A model generated the notes under the pieces. It did not search any database. It was not told where the DNA came from and saw only the letters and a list, made by a program, of their open reading frames with translations. DNA of 64,000 bases, taken from assembly GCA_013265495.1 (NCBI GenBank), contig MU058384.1, positions 1,303,690-1,367,689 of the forward strand, written 5' to 3'. The first letter of the stretch is position 1; every line of letters starts with the position of its first letter. This DNA is from Vicugna vicugna (Eukaryota). Below are positions 1 through 13,370 of this stretch, one piece after another. Position numbers and translations under genes: made by a program.

Positions 1-704
1 AAACACTGTCATCATCTGCTTTAAAACTTCATTTGAAAATGTTTTAAATCCTAGAAAACCAGGGAAGTATCAGCAAAACCTAAATTTGGTATGGCATCTG
101 AGAATCACAAGATTAGAGTCCTCTGTTGAAAAGACACTGAAAACACGATTGTTGGGAGATGTATGTGCAGTGAATGTGGTAAAAGGCTGCAGCAAAGGGG
201 CTTGGCCTTGATGATGAAGCAGCAAAAACGTGAAATGCCAAAACAGCTCTTTGCTTTCATAGAACGGGTTAGAATTACAGGAGATCATAGGCAAGGAATT
301 GTAATCTTGTCTGCTGTTTGAGAGGATTAAGCAAAATGAACAGCCTTGGTTTTATGTTCTGAACTATTCTATAGGAAAAAGAAAAAGGTTGAATTAAAAA
401 CAACAATAAAAAAACTATTTGCTAGATTCACAGCACTTTTATTTGAGATTGTTGCTTAAGAAAGATTGCTTTATTGTCACTTAGAAAAATAGATATTAAT
501 GATTTGGGGACTGTTTTGCTTCCCCACCCAACCTTGGCAAAGAAAATGAACCTAATTTCACAGAATCTCAGATCTATCTTTTTAGCTGAGGTAAGATAAG
601 GACTGATACGTTTTTCTTAGTACAGACAATTTAATACATGGTTAAAGCAGGCTGCCAAAAAAAGATACAAAACTATAGAAAATTCTGATGGAGAATTTTC
701 CTTT

Positions 705-775
705 ATTGGTGGTTTGGTAGGTATGATTGGTACCTACCTACAATTGGTACCTACGTACGATTGGTAGGTAGGATT
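705..775. repeat. Short imperfect tandem/quasi-palindromic repeat built from ATTGGTA(G/C) units
   Basis: ttggtaggtatg-attggtacctacctaca-attggtacctacgtacg-attggtaggtagg read directly from the sequence. Confidence 0.7.
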
Positions 776-2282
776 ATCATGTTTACGCTCATGAACCACT
801 TTCTGGTCACCATTTTCCAGATTTAAAAGCTTGTTTATCTCTGGCTCACTACAGAAGAGAGAACTGCCTCTAAAGTATTCATGGAAGGCTGCTGAACATT
901 ACATGATACAGGGGAGAGAACTGAGGTCATTATGTCTTAACAAGGGGGTCTGCTCCAAATATAATAATTGAGGAGCAATTTTATTAACAAGTGCCATTTT
1001 GAGACCTCTTTCATCCTCGTTTGGCTACATAGAAATAAATATTAATCAGAATCCACTTATTTATATTTTCCTATCAAGGTAAGCAGAGACATAATTCAGC
1101 TGTGAGGAAGTTTTGCAGTGATACCAAAGGATGATTTTCTTTTTTAACACTAAGCAAATGAAGGCTCTGTTGACAAAGCCAATTCATTAGAATGAACTGG
1201 CCGGTTCTCAGCTTCCCTGGCAGCCAGGGCAGACCTCAGTAGCCCATGAAACGATTGAAGAGATGGAATCTTGCATTATTAAAGACTGACTAATGAGAAA
1301 TGGCTAAGAATTATGAAAATGATACCATCTTATCACAATGTCCTAAAATCCATAAGATACCATAAAGGGTATTGCAGCCTTGGTAACAGTAATCATGCAC
1401 TTTGGAGTCAGTGCTCTTTCTAACCCACATAGGAAACACCTACACTTTCAGCATTACCTAATGTGACAGAAAACGAATTAAGAGAAAACAAAAGTATTCA
1501 AGAACTGCATGTGTGGATTTTCATTTTTTTAATCTATAATAAAACTGAAGTGAGAATCCAACTCCCATTATAGAAATGAACCAGAATGTAATTTGAAGGA
1601 AAATTCATTTAGTTGTAAGAATAAAAATGAAAGAATCACCATCCTAAAACAGTTAAAATTTCCTCTCCAGGGTTTTTCCTTCAAAAAATATACAATTAGA
1701 AAATAGAAAAATAGAAAAAGGTTTTGGGCTTCTTGAAACAAAACTTAAAAAGTGACAAACAATGCAGTCTTTCTTAACAAGCTAAAATTGTTGGCTTTAG
1801 AATGACACCACCTAGACTCAAACCCTAGCTTGTTTGCTATGTGATGACAGGCATATTCCCTAACTTCTCTGTGTCCAATTTCTGTGTTCAATAAATATGA
1901 ACACCTACTCTGTGCGGGTACAATCCTGGGTGTTTGGATTATAGTAGTGAACAGAACAATGCTTCTGCCCTCATGAAATTCATATTCTAGTAAGATTTCC
2001 CTCTTATGTGATTAACCTATTGTCCAAGAATCTATGAAAAGCTTTTAATTTAAATATGCACCAATATCCTAATGCATTACAGACATTAAGACAGAGTCCA
2101 GCACTCATTTTAAAGTAACTGAGGTCTAAGAAGGAAAAGTGAGAAAAGACTATGAAATAAACAAAGACATCTGCACAGATACCCTAAAAGCAATATATTT
2201 TTTAAATTTTGGAGATGTAAAGATCCCTGTGAGAGTTTATTAAAAGCTGCAGATCTGTTTCTAATAAAGTCAAAATATCTAC

Positions 2283-2785
2283 TTAAAGACCCAACAATTC
2301 TGTCTTAGGTATTTACTCCAACCCCAAATTAAAAGGTACATTTACAAAAATACATGTACAAGAATGGTCATAGCGCCCTTATTCATAATCTCCAAAAACA
2401 AGTCAAAGATCCATCAGTAGAAATAGTCAAATTGTGCTTTAGTTATATGGGAAAACACTGCTCAGCAATGAAGAGGAATTAACTATTGATGGATGCAATA
2501 ACATGATGAATCCCCAAAACATTAGAAACTAGACACAAATGATTCCATTAAGATGATTTTCAAGAATAGGAGGCAAAACTAATTTATAGTGATAAAAATC
2601 AGTAAGTAGTTGCACTGAGTCGTAGATGGGAAATTGGATATGGCCCCAAGGGAATTCTGGGTGATGGAAATCTTTCATGTATTGTTTTAAGTGGTCGCTA
2701 CATATGTGTATATAAATGATTGACTCAACTCAAAGAAATCAACTTTTAAGATTGGTGCATTTAATTATATATTATACTCATTAAA
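2283..2785 (+). mobile_element. Old LINE-1 (L1M-type) 3' fragment
   Basis: Degenerate L1 3' motifs in order: gacccaacaattc..taggtatttac, aagaatggtcatagc..ttattcataat, ctgggtgatggaaatcttt; boundaries approximate. Confidence 0.7.
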
Positions 2786-3046
2786 GATTAAGTCATTAAA
2801 AAACTATAGACACTTTCCCCAGACAGAAGATAGGAGAATCTTCTAGAGAAAAAGCTTCGTCTGATTCACTGACATTTCCTATATACCAATTCTGTTTCGA
2901 TGGGCCTTCTCCACAGATAGTCAAAATAGAAGGTTGTGCTCGATCAGAACATATCTGCCATGAAGTACTTTACCATTAATTTTGAAAGGCATGGATTCTG
3001 GAATCATTTACCATTTACTTAGAAAGGTATATAAGGTGAAAGGAGT

Positions 3047-3226
3047 GGGGAGGGTGTAGATCAAGTGGCAGAGCCCATGCTTAGCATGAACAAGGTCCTG
3101 GGTTCAATTCCCAGTACTGCTTTCAAAAAATAAATAAAAGAAATAAACCTAACTACCCACCCCCCTCAAAAACAACTCAGTAAATAAAGTTACCTAGAAA
3201 ATGTAAAAGAAAAAATTTAAAAAAAA
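3047..3226 (+). mobile_element. tRNA-derived SINE, camelid Vic-1 type
   Basis: Starts ggggagggtgtagatcaagtgg (Pol III A box), B box ggttcaattcc, A-rich tail; perfect 12-bp TSD aaggtgaaagga at 3033-3044 and 3227-3238. Confidence 0.88.
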
Positions 3227-5475
3227 AAGGTGAAAGGAAAGGTTGCTAAGTGTACTAATTATGAGGAAATCAATTCATATCTCTGCTTAAAAACCGTAAT
3301 GTGCTTTGAGCAGTATTTTTATATGTTCTGAAGAAATACACGTTTGGGCCCTTTAAAAAAGAAGCAATTTTCTGTCAGGGATCTGTGTCCTAGGCCAAGC
3401 AATATAGCTGCAAAAAATGTCTATAGAGGCTAATAAGAAACCTGATTGTATGCTAATTTCAAATTAGCTTTTATACTAGCTTCAGGCTTCAAAGGGTGCT
3501 AAGAGAAAAGAAATAGTTATATGGAAGAAAATTACTCTTGATTAGAAAAAGACTACCATGAGGGATTTTCCATTTTTGTCTTACTTCTGATTGGAGCAAA
3601 AGGCCATGGAGAAGAGGAAAAAGGAGAGATTTTTGAGAAAAAGAAGACACAAGAAGAAAGCTAAATATGAATGTGGCAGAGAGGCCCAGAGGAGAAAAAG
3701 AAATGGTTCAGACTGAAAGCTATTACTTAGATTTGTGAGAAAAAATTAGGATTAGGCTCAAGAGTGATTGAAGTTTAATAAGAAGGTATCTGATTATGCT
3801 GGCATATTTATTTAAATATTTTATAATTAAGTATTATTTGTATAATGATTTATTAGTTAATAGTGCTGCTTGTTGATTTAACAAAAAGTTTGGCATTTGC
3901 AGAAAGAGCATGATATCACAGGCTAAGTGTTCAATCTTACAGATACCTATGGACAGTTTAGACATTTAATTACTTGTCCTAAATCTACCAGCCTTTGTCC
4001 CCCAGAGGAAGCTGAACTTTCTTATAGGCATAGAACCTGAGAGGCAATAATTTGTGCTCATCTACCCTATTCCTCTAACCCAAGTTGGTAAAACAATGAC
4101 TAATTGGATACATCTTAACATAAACTGTTAGTAAAGACCAATAGCCTTTAAATTTTTGACCAAGACCCTCAGTAAGAGATTACATTTTATGTCATGAGCC
4201 AAAATACACATCTATGTCACTGAAGAAAAAAGTTCACAAAATAAATCTAATCCTTATCAAAAGTGATTCACTTTGATACATTTTACTCTGTTCTATTTTT
4301 TCTCTTCCATTTTTAATGCCACTGTTATCCACTGAAATGATTTCATGATCACAGTTTAGAAAGCACATAATACAAATGCTTAAGCTCCTCCTTTTTTGTC
4401 TAAATTGTCTCTGTGACTGGCAAAATGGCCCTAAACTTTCTTTGGCCACATGCTAGAATTCAAGGACTTTAAGAATAACTGAAGCATGACAAGGGTCTTG
4501 GCTTTTCAAAAGAGACCTCTGGAGAACTTGTCTAAAACTGCTGAGGAACTAGAAAGATAACTTTTCCCCTGCCCTTTCTTCTGCAAACTCCAATGCGCAT
4601 ATTGTCCCCCTTGAAATACAAGCAGTCTCCATTCCTGGTGTCCCAGAGCAGGACTCAGCGTCCTTCTCTTTCTCACCTGGGTAATTCAACCTTGGCCTAC
4701 TCAGAAACTGAGATTTACTGATTTAATACAGCTATATATTTTAATTAAATTGTGATAGGATAGCTTTTAGCCACTCAACAAAGGATTTATGGTTCTTTGC
4801 ATTGTGTTTCACTCTCAAATTCCTATTACCATCTTGAATATAAATGGTGAAGATGGCAAATAGAGGAAAGGAAGGTCTTTTCCAACAGGAACCTACATGT
4901 AATGAAAGGGAGCCAAAGCACAGTCTCTGAACCAAGTTTATGTCTCTACAAGGATGCTAGGAGAAAAAAAGGGTACCATCCCCCATCATGTTCACTCACA
5001 GCAACACAAGAAGGATTTATGAAAAGGTAAGAGGGATATGCAAACAGCAAATCAGACGATTGCTGGTGAAACAACAACGGCAAGGATATCTTTTATGTCA
5101 CAAAGTTCTAGCCCAGTGAGTCCACTAGTGTGTCTACCTAAACCACAATTAGTTGCCCAGTGACACAATCCTAGACCTTAACACTGAGTAGGATTAAGAG
5201 ATGGAGAAAAGGCAGACACAAGAAGCCCAAGAGAAACAGGGAAAAATTCCACTAAGGGTAGAGAAGAAATGCATGAGCCATACTCTAGCAATATTTCCCA
5301 TCAAGATAGTTTTTGCCCTAGGATCACATGGCTGATGAAACACAACATACAGCCAACAAAAAGCTGTTAATACTCTTACTTCAAGATGCACACAAGAAAA
5401 GCGGGGACTGTTACCTCAAACTGTACGACCTGATACTTGAGCAGACTATTATTAAATCATCATTAAAATCATATA

Positions 5476-5596
5476 CTATTCTAATTTATATACCTGTGTC
5501 ACAGTCCTACTTCTCCTGTATGGAACAGTGAGAAGTTCATTGTGCCTGAAGCTGTGACTATCACGCTTGTGATGCCATCCAGCAGCTCTATATTCA
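5476..5596 (+). repeat. 121-bp direct repeat, copy 1 (left flank of solo LTR)
   Basis: Ungapped match to 6216-6336, 13 mismatches by hand count (~89% identity). Confidence 0.95.
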
Positions 5597-6215
5597 AAGA
5601 GATAGGAAGGGGGCAGGGCACCGCCATTCAAGGAATGATACAGCAATTAACATCAAAATGGTGGAAGAGTCAACCCCCAGTAGGCCTTGAGGCTCAAGAT
5701 GGTAGGAGATTTAACTTCTAGCACATCTTGAGCTTCATTATATGCCTATTGCAATATATTAGCATGGTAAATAACATGCCCACAGGCACCATGGCAGTCC
5801 CAAGAATAGTCACAAAAGGTCAAAGAGTGGGAAATGGTCAACTTCCTGGGAATCCCAGCCCCTTCCCCAGGCTAGTTAGACTGGTCCTTCCACTTATTAG
5901 CATATGAAGCCATCAAGCCCATAAAAACTGGCAACACAGTGCCTTGAGGCCACTGTCCTCTCTCTCTCTTCCTCTTAGGAGATGGCCCACACTCTATGGA
6001 GCGTGTACCTATTTTTAATCTGAGCACCCTCATGGCCTTTCTCTTGCCTTTCAATGTATCTCTCTGAATAAATCTACCTTTACGCAACTGTGGCTGCTCT
6101 TGAATTCTTTCCTGCGCGAAGTCAAGGACCCACACTTGGTGGGGCATGTCCCAGGGGCTCAACCGAGGCCTGGGACACAGCCCTCCTCACGCCCTACATC
6201 CGTTTTCCTGCATCA
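5597..6215 (+). mobile_element. ERV1-class solo LTR, MER41-like
   Basis: TATA-like ataaaaa at ~5921, polyA signal aataaa at ~6067, U5-like cttgaattctttcctgcgcgaagtcaaggaccc resembling MER41 3' ends, terminal ttttcctgcatCA; no canonical 5' TG at the junction. Confidence 0.8.
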
Positions 6216-6336
6216 CTATCCTAATTTATATATCTATGTCACAGTCCTACTTCTCCTGGGAGGAATAGTGAGAAATTCATTGTGCCTGGAGCTGTGACTA
6301 TCACATTTGTGATGCTATCCAGCAGCTCTATATCCA
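6216..6336 (+). repeat. 121-bp direct repeat, copy 2 (right flank of solo LTR)
   Basis: Ungapped match to 5476-5596, beginning immediately after the LTR terminal CA. Confidence 0.95.
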
Positions 6337-7724
6337 GTGTCTTAAAAGGTGATGTTACCATAATAGTACCCTAAATTACTACAAAAGAGTATCAATAGTT
6401 CCATAGTCAAGCTACTTCATAGGTCACATGGTCTCAAAACACTGACCTTAGAACTGAGCAACCATTTATAACATTTCTGTGAAAAATATGTTCCAGGCTC
6501 CAAACAGCATTCTTTCAGGCAAACTTTTAGAACACAGTCTGCTTAGGAACTGTCTCTACTGGTCTGTGATTCGTTTGTTTTGCACATAAAGTTTGTTTCA
6601 GACACTTTTTACAAAGAAATTTCCTGCTCTTGGAAGATGACTTCAAATAATAAATTGTCACCAAAAATGGTCATGAAACTTTTAAAAAACAGTGAAGAGG
6701 TGGAAAAGATCAACAAGCTGAAAACAAGTCCATTTTGGGAAGGTTTTGAACATCCCAGTTAAGAGAGCTTTTCATGTTAAAGGAAAAAGTACTCATGTGA
6801 TGTGTGTTTCTTTGTTCATGGCATTTAGTATAGATTTCTACAATGTGAAAATAGGAAGTCGGATTTATATGGCTTTTGCTTTAATGATGCTTAACTGCCT
6901 GGAAATAGCAGCGCATGCTACAGCAAGTTTCAGATATTAAAAGAAAAGTTGTACTACCAAACCCTTTTCTAAATTTTATATGAGGTCCCCAGCTTTGTGG
7001 ACATTCAAGAACAAAGCAGGGCAAATACAGGAAATTCACAGATGCTTTAATGGCTTCAAGCTTCCCAATTATATTAAAAAGCTGAAAAGATGTTCTGGTA
7101 GATTCATTCCCTCTCCTTTTACATTTCATGAATTCCAAACTGTTGGTGTCAAACTGTGTTGATGGCACTCATTTGTTAATATTTGGAATTGTATAAATAA
7201 GCTTACTAAATGTTAAATATTACCCACTTAGTTTGTAACCATCATCTAATACAAACAACACCAACCATGATTTTCAATCCTCTCCCCTAAAACTGTCCTT
7301 GCATTGCCTCAGGGAGGCTTACATAAGCCCCCATCTGGGAAGAAGGGAGGAGGAGGAAACAGCAAATTGCAGGATCTGCTGATCTTGGATATAGGTCTCT
7401 GCAGGAGCTTCCAAATGTGTCTTTGTTTAATGTTCTGGGCTCTGGGTTGTTGTAGGGCACAGATCTAAGGAGGAAGGAATTTGTTACCTCAATTAAAAGA
7501 AAAAAAAATGTGTAGTTAAGGTGTGGAAGAAAGGTTAGGTGAAAAGCACAAAAAGAATATCTCAATGTATTTGAAAACAAATATTTACACGTTCATGAAT
7601 TTAAACATGAGCTTTTTCTTTTTTAAAATCTGGTCTTCAGTCTTGGATATAGTGGTTAATAAATCCTGATGCCTCCACACAGAGTGAAAAAAAAATGTAT
7701 GTCAATGATGCATATAATTCAAGT

Positions 7725-7905
7725 AGAAAGATCACTGGCTCTGGGTCAGAAATGCGATGGTTCTACTTCCTAGGCATGCAGTGTGTGTAAATTAGTCAAC
7801 CACTTTGAGCCACAGTCTTGTTTTCTTTAAATGTGAAATAGGGATATATTAAGTGTGATGATTAAACACAAAAAGAAAAAAAAAAATAAAGCAACTAGCA
7901 CGACA
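7725..7905 (+). mobile_element. MIR fragment
   Basis: Degenerate MIR core (ggctctgggtcaga..ccactttgagccacagt..tgtgaaataggg..gtgatgattaaa). Confidence 0.5.
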
Positions 7906-9904
7906 CCTCTAAAATGTAGTTTTCTTTCCTCCTTTCCCTTATCTTTCCTCTTTAAGAATTACATATACATTTTTAATAAGAAATGACATAATTGATCAAA
8001 ACAATTATCCAGAAAGCATAACATTTCATTGTGAATATTGGTAGTGCACTCTACATACTCTCAGGCAGGAAAGAGTTAAATGGGAACACCACTTTTGAAT
8101 CCCAGAGGGAGGCTGAGGGGGGGTAGTAGTAGTTTAACAGGACTCTGTCACACAGGCAGAGTCCCAATGTGGCGCCTCAGCACCTCCATGGTGTTCCTTC
8201 TGAGCCTCCCATCAGTCAGGAAGTGATTCCCTCAGTCCAAAGAGGTTTAATTTGCCTGACTCTGCCTATAGTGCTGCACAGTAGGAAACCCAGGGCACAG
8301 ACTTTTCACAAGAAGGAGACCAGAATTTCTCAGGATAATATGGAAAGCAAATGAGCCACATGCCACATGGCTTCCTCAGCAACACTGTGTTAAAAGGAAA
8401 ACATACTAAACCATGAGCACTTGCAGGCGTAAAGGCCAAGAAAGTGATACAAATAGTAAGGAAAGGCTCCAATACCTGTTCAATTCCCATTCATGTACTA
8501 CAGAATACTTGGAAATACACAAAAGCACACATGCGCTCTCTCCTTGCACACGCCAATGCACCTATTGGACAACACAGGAAAAGAAACACACTGTATCAGA
8601 ACACAGACACGGTAAGGGTCTTCACCATAGCTTAGTGGAGATAAACAGATAAGGCATCTCAGAACTTCATCACAGAACATTTTAAATCTGCTACTTATAT
8701 TTATGCTTGTCAAATTTGTACCAGGCACATAATTCTCTTTCTTTCTTTCTGCTAGTATTTATTTTCTTTCAGCTAGAGGAGGGCATGAGCTTTTTCTTTA
8801 CTGCTCACTTTTAAATTTGTGACTACCTGACATGGAGATGCTCAATAGATAGTTTTTGAATGAACTTATGAACTTCCGCAGGCCTTAAAAAAAAAATCCT
8901 GCGACTTTAGGTAAGCAATTACAATAGAGTGTGTTAATTAACAGGAGAGAGGACTCAGGAGATACTATCAGATCAAGAGTAGAGGAGGTTAGCCCAGTAG
9001 ATGGGGTTATTCCATATTGTGGGGCCATTTAAGCCTTTTGTGGTTTTCTGCATTTATTAACTAAAGATTTCTTCAGAATTTTGGTTTATATGAATATATA
9101 CATATTAGTATCTCCTACACATTACAGTCAGGGTTTTAATATCCAGAGAAGCCAAATCCCTTTAGTTAGTAGTTTCCTTTTTAGAGCACTATCTTAATCA
9201 AGCCTATTTCTATACGGCTTTGCTCCAGGCAACTGAGGCAAGGCCCATTCTGTAGGTTAGTGTGGTAGCTTGTTGAGCAGTACCTACATGAACAATACAG
9301 ATGTTGGCTGTATTTGTACTGATATCTGCACTAGGGTGGAAGTGAGCAAATCTCCATCTTCTATACATTAATATATATCAGTAATTTATGAATTTACCTA
9401 AACTGATCTTACACTAATTTATGCTTTCAACCTACTAGGCAATGAGTTCCATGCAATCATTCCCTTTTCTCCAAAATAATAAATTTTATTTTTGTTAGAA
9501 TTCACCACAAGCAATCCAGCAAAATGTCATTAGCCTCCTTCTACAAAATACCATAACACCAAAATATTATCTTCACTAATGTAAAGGCTTTTATTTTATT
9601 TTAAAGTTTAAATTTTATCTACTTCTTTCCCCATTGGCATGACCTTACAAAGAACCATAAAGGTCCAGTCGTCATGATCTCCTTTTACAGAAATCACATT
9701 TTTTCCCCATTAGGTCATGCATGTTTACCACTAAGTAACCCCATCATCACTTCCAGTGGGTGGGGAAGGGACTTGAGGCAGAGTTACCAGTTTCCTTATA
9801 GAAAGGAATTTCACTAAGAATCCCCCAAATTTCCTTCTATTTGTACCAAAATTGTCATAATCTAGTCCCTAACACCCAAATCATTTTTTATTATTAAAAT
9901 GCAT

Positions 9905-10170
9905 GCCAGTATACACATGCCAAAACCCACAGAGTGTACAGCACCAAGAGCAAACCCTAATGTAAACTACAGACTTTGGGTGATAATGACAGGTCAATGT
10001 CAGTTCATCAACTATTAACAAATGTACTACTCCGGTGGGAGATGCTGACCTTGGGGGAGTCTGTGTGTGGGGTAGGGGGTACATGTAGAGGATATATGTG
10101 AACTCTCTGTACTTTCCATTCAGTTTTCCTGTGAGCCTAAACTGCTCTAAAAAATTAAATCTATTTAGAA
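9905..10170 (+). mobile_element. L1MC-type LINE-1 3' end
   Basis: Characteristic aaccctaatgtaaactacagactttgggtgataatga..gaactctctgtactttcc..cctaaactgctctaaaaaa. Confidence 0.85.
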
Positions 10171-10224
10171 AAATACTTGTGTAGAAATAAACATCACTAT
10201 TCAAAGTAGCTTCTAGATTTTATT

Positions 10225-10400
10225 AAGATTAATCTATGTAAACCTCGTAACAACCTTATGAGAGAGATATTAATACTATTATTCCCTTTTTAATGATGAG
10301 GAGACTACAGCAGAGAAAGACTAAGTCGTCTGCCCCTGAATGACACAACCGAAAAGTGTCAGAGCTGCCTCTTGGCTCCATCAGCACTCTGCTGGGTTGC
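10225..10400 (-). mobile_element. MIR fragment
   Basis: cctcgtaacaaccttatgag..attattccctttttaatgatgaggagact resembles the reverse-complement MIR core. Confidence 0.6.
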
Positions 10401-11079
10401 TTCTCAATCCTGACTGTCTCTGGTCACACACTCCTCCCCTCTACCCCCAACACACTTCTTAAAACTACTACCTGCAGCTGATTTCACAGAAGCATTGTAT
10501 ATTTCACAGCAATATTTTTTTTAAATTTCTTCATATGTCACTCTCAAGGATAAGATTCACAAGGAAAAGGGGAAGTGAAAGAGTGCCTAATGGTTTTCTC
10601 AGTAATGAGGAATGTAAGAAGTCAATGGAATTTTTCATTTACATCAGAATCATCAAATTGCCTCACTGATTCTTTGGCTATCTTCCCAATTCTAAAGTAT
10701 TTCACAAGTTTGTATTTATTGTTTCGGCAGCTTATTGCCTACGTTATCCCATGGCTATTTGGGGAGGTTATTTGTTTTCTCCTTTTATGTTTTCTGTTTT
10801 ACAAATTGTCTTGATCTGTATCAATTGTAAAAACAGAAAAGAATCAACATTTTTAAAAGTCAAGAGAGGGGCATCTAAATGGTTTAGATAACTGTAGTAA
10901 CATAGATAAGGAAAGAATTATCGAAGGACATACTATTTGTTCCTAAAGTTCAAGTTCCTTTTTGAGGAGTTAATTTAATGAAAATAACTTTAGCATATAT
11001 TTCTGAATATATCATATGTTTTGAAAATATCACCCACATACAAAAAAGTTACTTTACAGAAGGAGTTGCTTGAATTACC

Positions 11080-12261
11080 TAGGACATTTTTTACAGAAGT
11101 AGAACAAATAATCCTAAAATTTATATATAATCAAGAGACCTGAATCACCAAAGCAATACTGAAGAAAAAGAATGAAGCTGGAGAATTAACCCTCTCAGAC
11201 TTCAGACAGTAATAGAGACAAGAGCTACAGAAATCAAAACAGCATGGTATTGGCAAAAAAAAAAAAAGACATATAGATCAATGGATCATAAATAGCCCAG
11301 AAATAAACCCATACACCTATAGTCAATTAATCTTTGACAAAGAAGGCAGGAATATACAACGGAGAAAAGATAGCCTCTTCAGCAAGTGGCGCTGGGAAAG
11401 TTGGACAGTTACATGTAAATCAATGAAGTTAGAACACTCCCTCACACCATACACAAAAATAAACTCAAAATGGCTTAAAGACTTAAACATAAAACACTAT
11501 AAACCTCCTAGAAGAAAACATAGGCAAAACATTCTCCAACATAAATCATAGTAATGTTCTCCTAGGGCAGTTTACCAAGGCAAGAGAAATAAAAGCAAAA
11601 ATAAACAAATGGGACTTAATTAAACTTATAAGCTTTTGCACAGCAAAGGAAACTATAAACAAAACAAAAAGACAACCTACGGATTGGGAGAAAATATTTG
11701 CAAACAATGTGACTGACAAGGGCTTAGCCTCAAGAATATACAAACAGCTCATACACCTCAATAACAACAAAAAAATAAACAACCCAATCAAAAAATGGGC
11801 AGAAGACCTAAACAAATAGCTTTCTAATGAAGACATACAAATGGCCAAGAGGCATACGAAAAAATGTTCAATATCACTAACTATTAGAGAAATGCAATTC
11901 AAAACTACAATGAGGTATCACCTCACACCAGTCAAAACAGCCATCATTCAAAAGGCCACAAACAATAAATGCTGGAGAGGGTGTGGAGAAAAGGGAACTC
12001 TCCTACACTGTTGGTGGGAATGTAGTTTGGTGCAGCCATTATGGAAAACAGTATGGAGATTCCTTAAAAAACTAAAAATAGGCTTATCATATGATCCAGC
12101 ATATATTCACTCCTGGGCATATATTCAGAGGAAACTCTAATTTGAAAAGATATGTGCACCCCAAAGTTCATAGCAGCACTATCTATAATAGCCAAGACAT
12201 GGAAGCAACCTAAATGTCCATCTATAGATGTCTGGATAAAGAAGTTGAGAGATAGATAGAC

Positions 12262-12295
<34 letters not shown>

Positions 12296-12820
12296 CTATG
12301 TATATATACAGTGAAATGCTACTCAGCCATAAAAAAGAATAAAATGCCATTTGCAGCAACATGGATGGAACTGGAGACTGTCATACCAAGTGAAATAAGC
12401 CAGAAAGAAAAAGAAAAATACTATATGATATCACTTATATGTGGAATCTAAAAAAAATCAGACAAATAAACTTATTTACAAAATAGAAACAGACTCACAG
12501 ACATAGAAAACTTGTGGTTACCAGGAAAGAAAGGTGAGAGTGGAGGGATAAATTGAGACTTCAGGATTTGTGGATACTAACCACTATATATAAAATAGAT
12601 AAACAGCAAGGTCCTACTGTATAGCACAGGGAACTATATTTATATTCAGTGTCTTATAACAGCCTATAATGGAAAGGAACATGAAAAGGAAAAAAAAATA
12701 TATATATATAACTGAATCACCATGCTGTACACCAGAAATTAACACAACATTGTAAACTGACTCTACTTCAATTTAAAAAAATTAAAAAATAAATCAGCAG
12801 CTAATAAGAGGGAAAAAAAA
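11080..12820 (+). mobile_element. 5'-truncated LINE-1 (ORF2 3' part, 3'UTR, polyA), decayed
   Basis: ORF 11841-12140 ([36 protein letters not shown]) is the L1 ORF2p C-terminal Cys-rich region; frameshifts and stops; 3' end tgtaaactgactctacttcaatttaaaaaa; imperfect TSD gagttgcttgaat (11063-11075) / gagttgtttggat (12821-12833). Confidence 0.95.
12250..12295 (+). repeat. (GATA)n microsatellite inside L1
   Basis: Run of gata/gaca units. Confidence 0.95.
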
Positions 12821-13129
12821 GAGTTGTTTGGATGTAACAAGAAGCTTACAGGACACAAATGAACTTGGAGGTATTAGTAATACTTTGAAAACAACAGAGA
12901 AATGACACTAAGAGTTAAAAAGGAAATTAGAATCTGTCTTTGATGGAAATAGTATCTAAAAGGAATACTGTATCTGTTGGCTGCTTTTAAAAATATTAAT
13001 GATTACTGAAATTGAGAAATGTCAGCAAGTATGGAATGAATAAAACCTATTTCCCTAAAGAGATCTCTTAATACGAGCAGTTGTTTTTCACCTTTTTTTC
13101 TAACCTCTTTTTTTTTATTATTTCAAAAT

Positions 13130-13370
13130 TATTTTTATTGAGGTATAATTGACTTCCAACACTATATTAGTTTCAGGTGTACAACATAAGGTTTCGATAT
13201 TTGTATACATTGAGAAATGACCACCACAATAAATCTAGTTAACCTCTGTCACCATACACAGTTACAGAATTTTTTTTTCTTGTGATGAGAACTTCTACTC
13301 TCTTAGCAACTTTCAGTAATATTAAATGTAGTTGCCATGCTAGACACTACATCCCCAAGATTTTATTTAA
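13130..13370 (-). mobile_element. LINE-1 3' end fragment (L1MA9-like)
   Basis: ttttattgaggtataattgac..tatattagtttcaggtgtacaacata..ctactctcttagcaactttca; same family as 47551-47843. Confidence 0.85.

Noticed and set aside
3047..3120. tRNA gene (also at 60701-60772)
   Set aside because: A/B boxes are present but there is no full cloverleaf; A-rich tail and TSDs show it is a SINE.
11546..11902. Hydrophobic membrane-protein-like ORF
   Set aside because: It is the antisense translation of A-rich L1 ORF2; the same applies to 22650-22844, 23072-23272 and 23534-23737.
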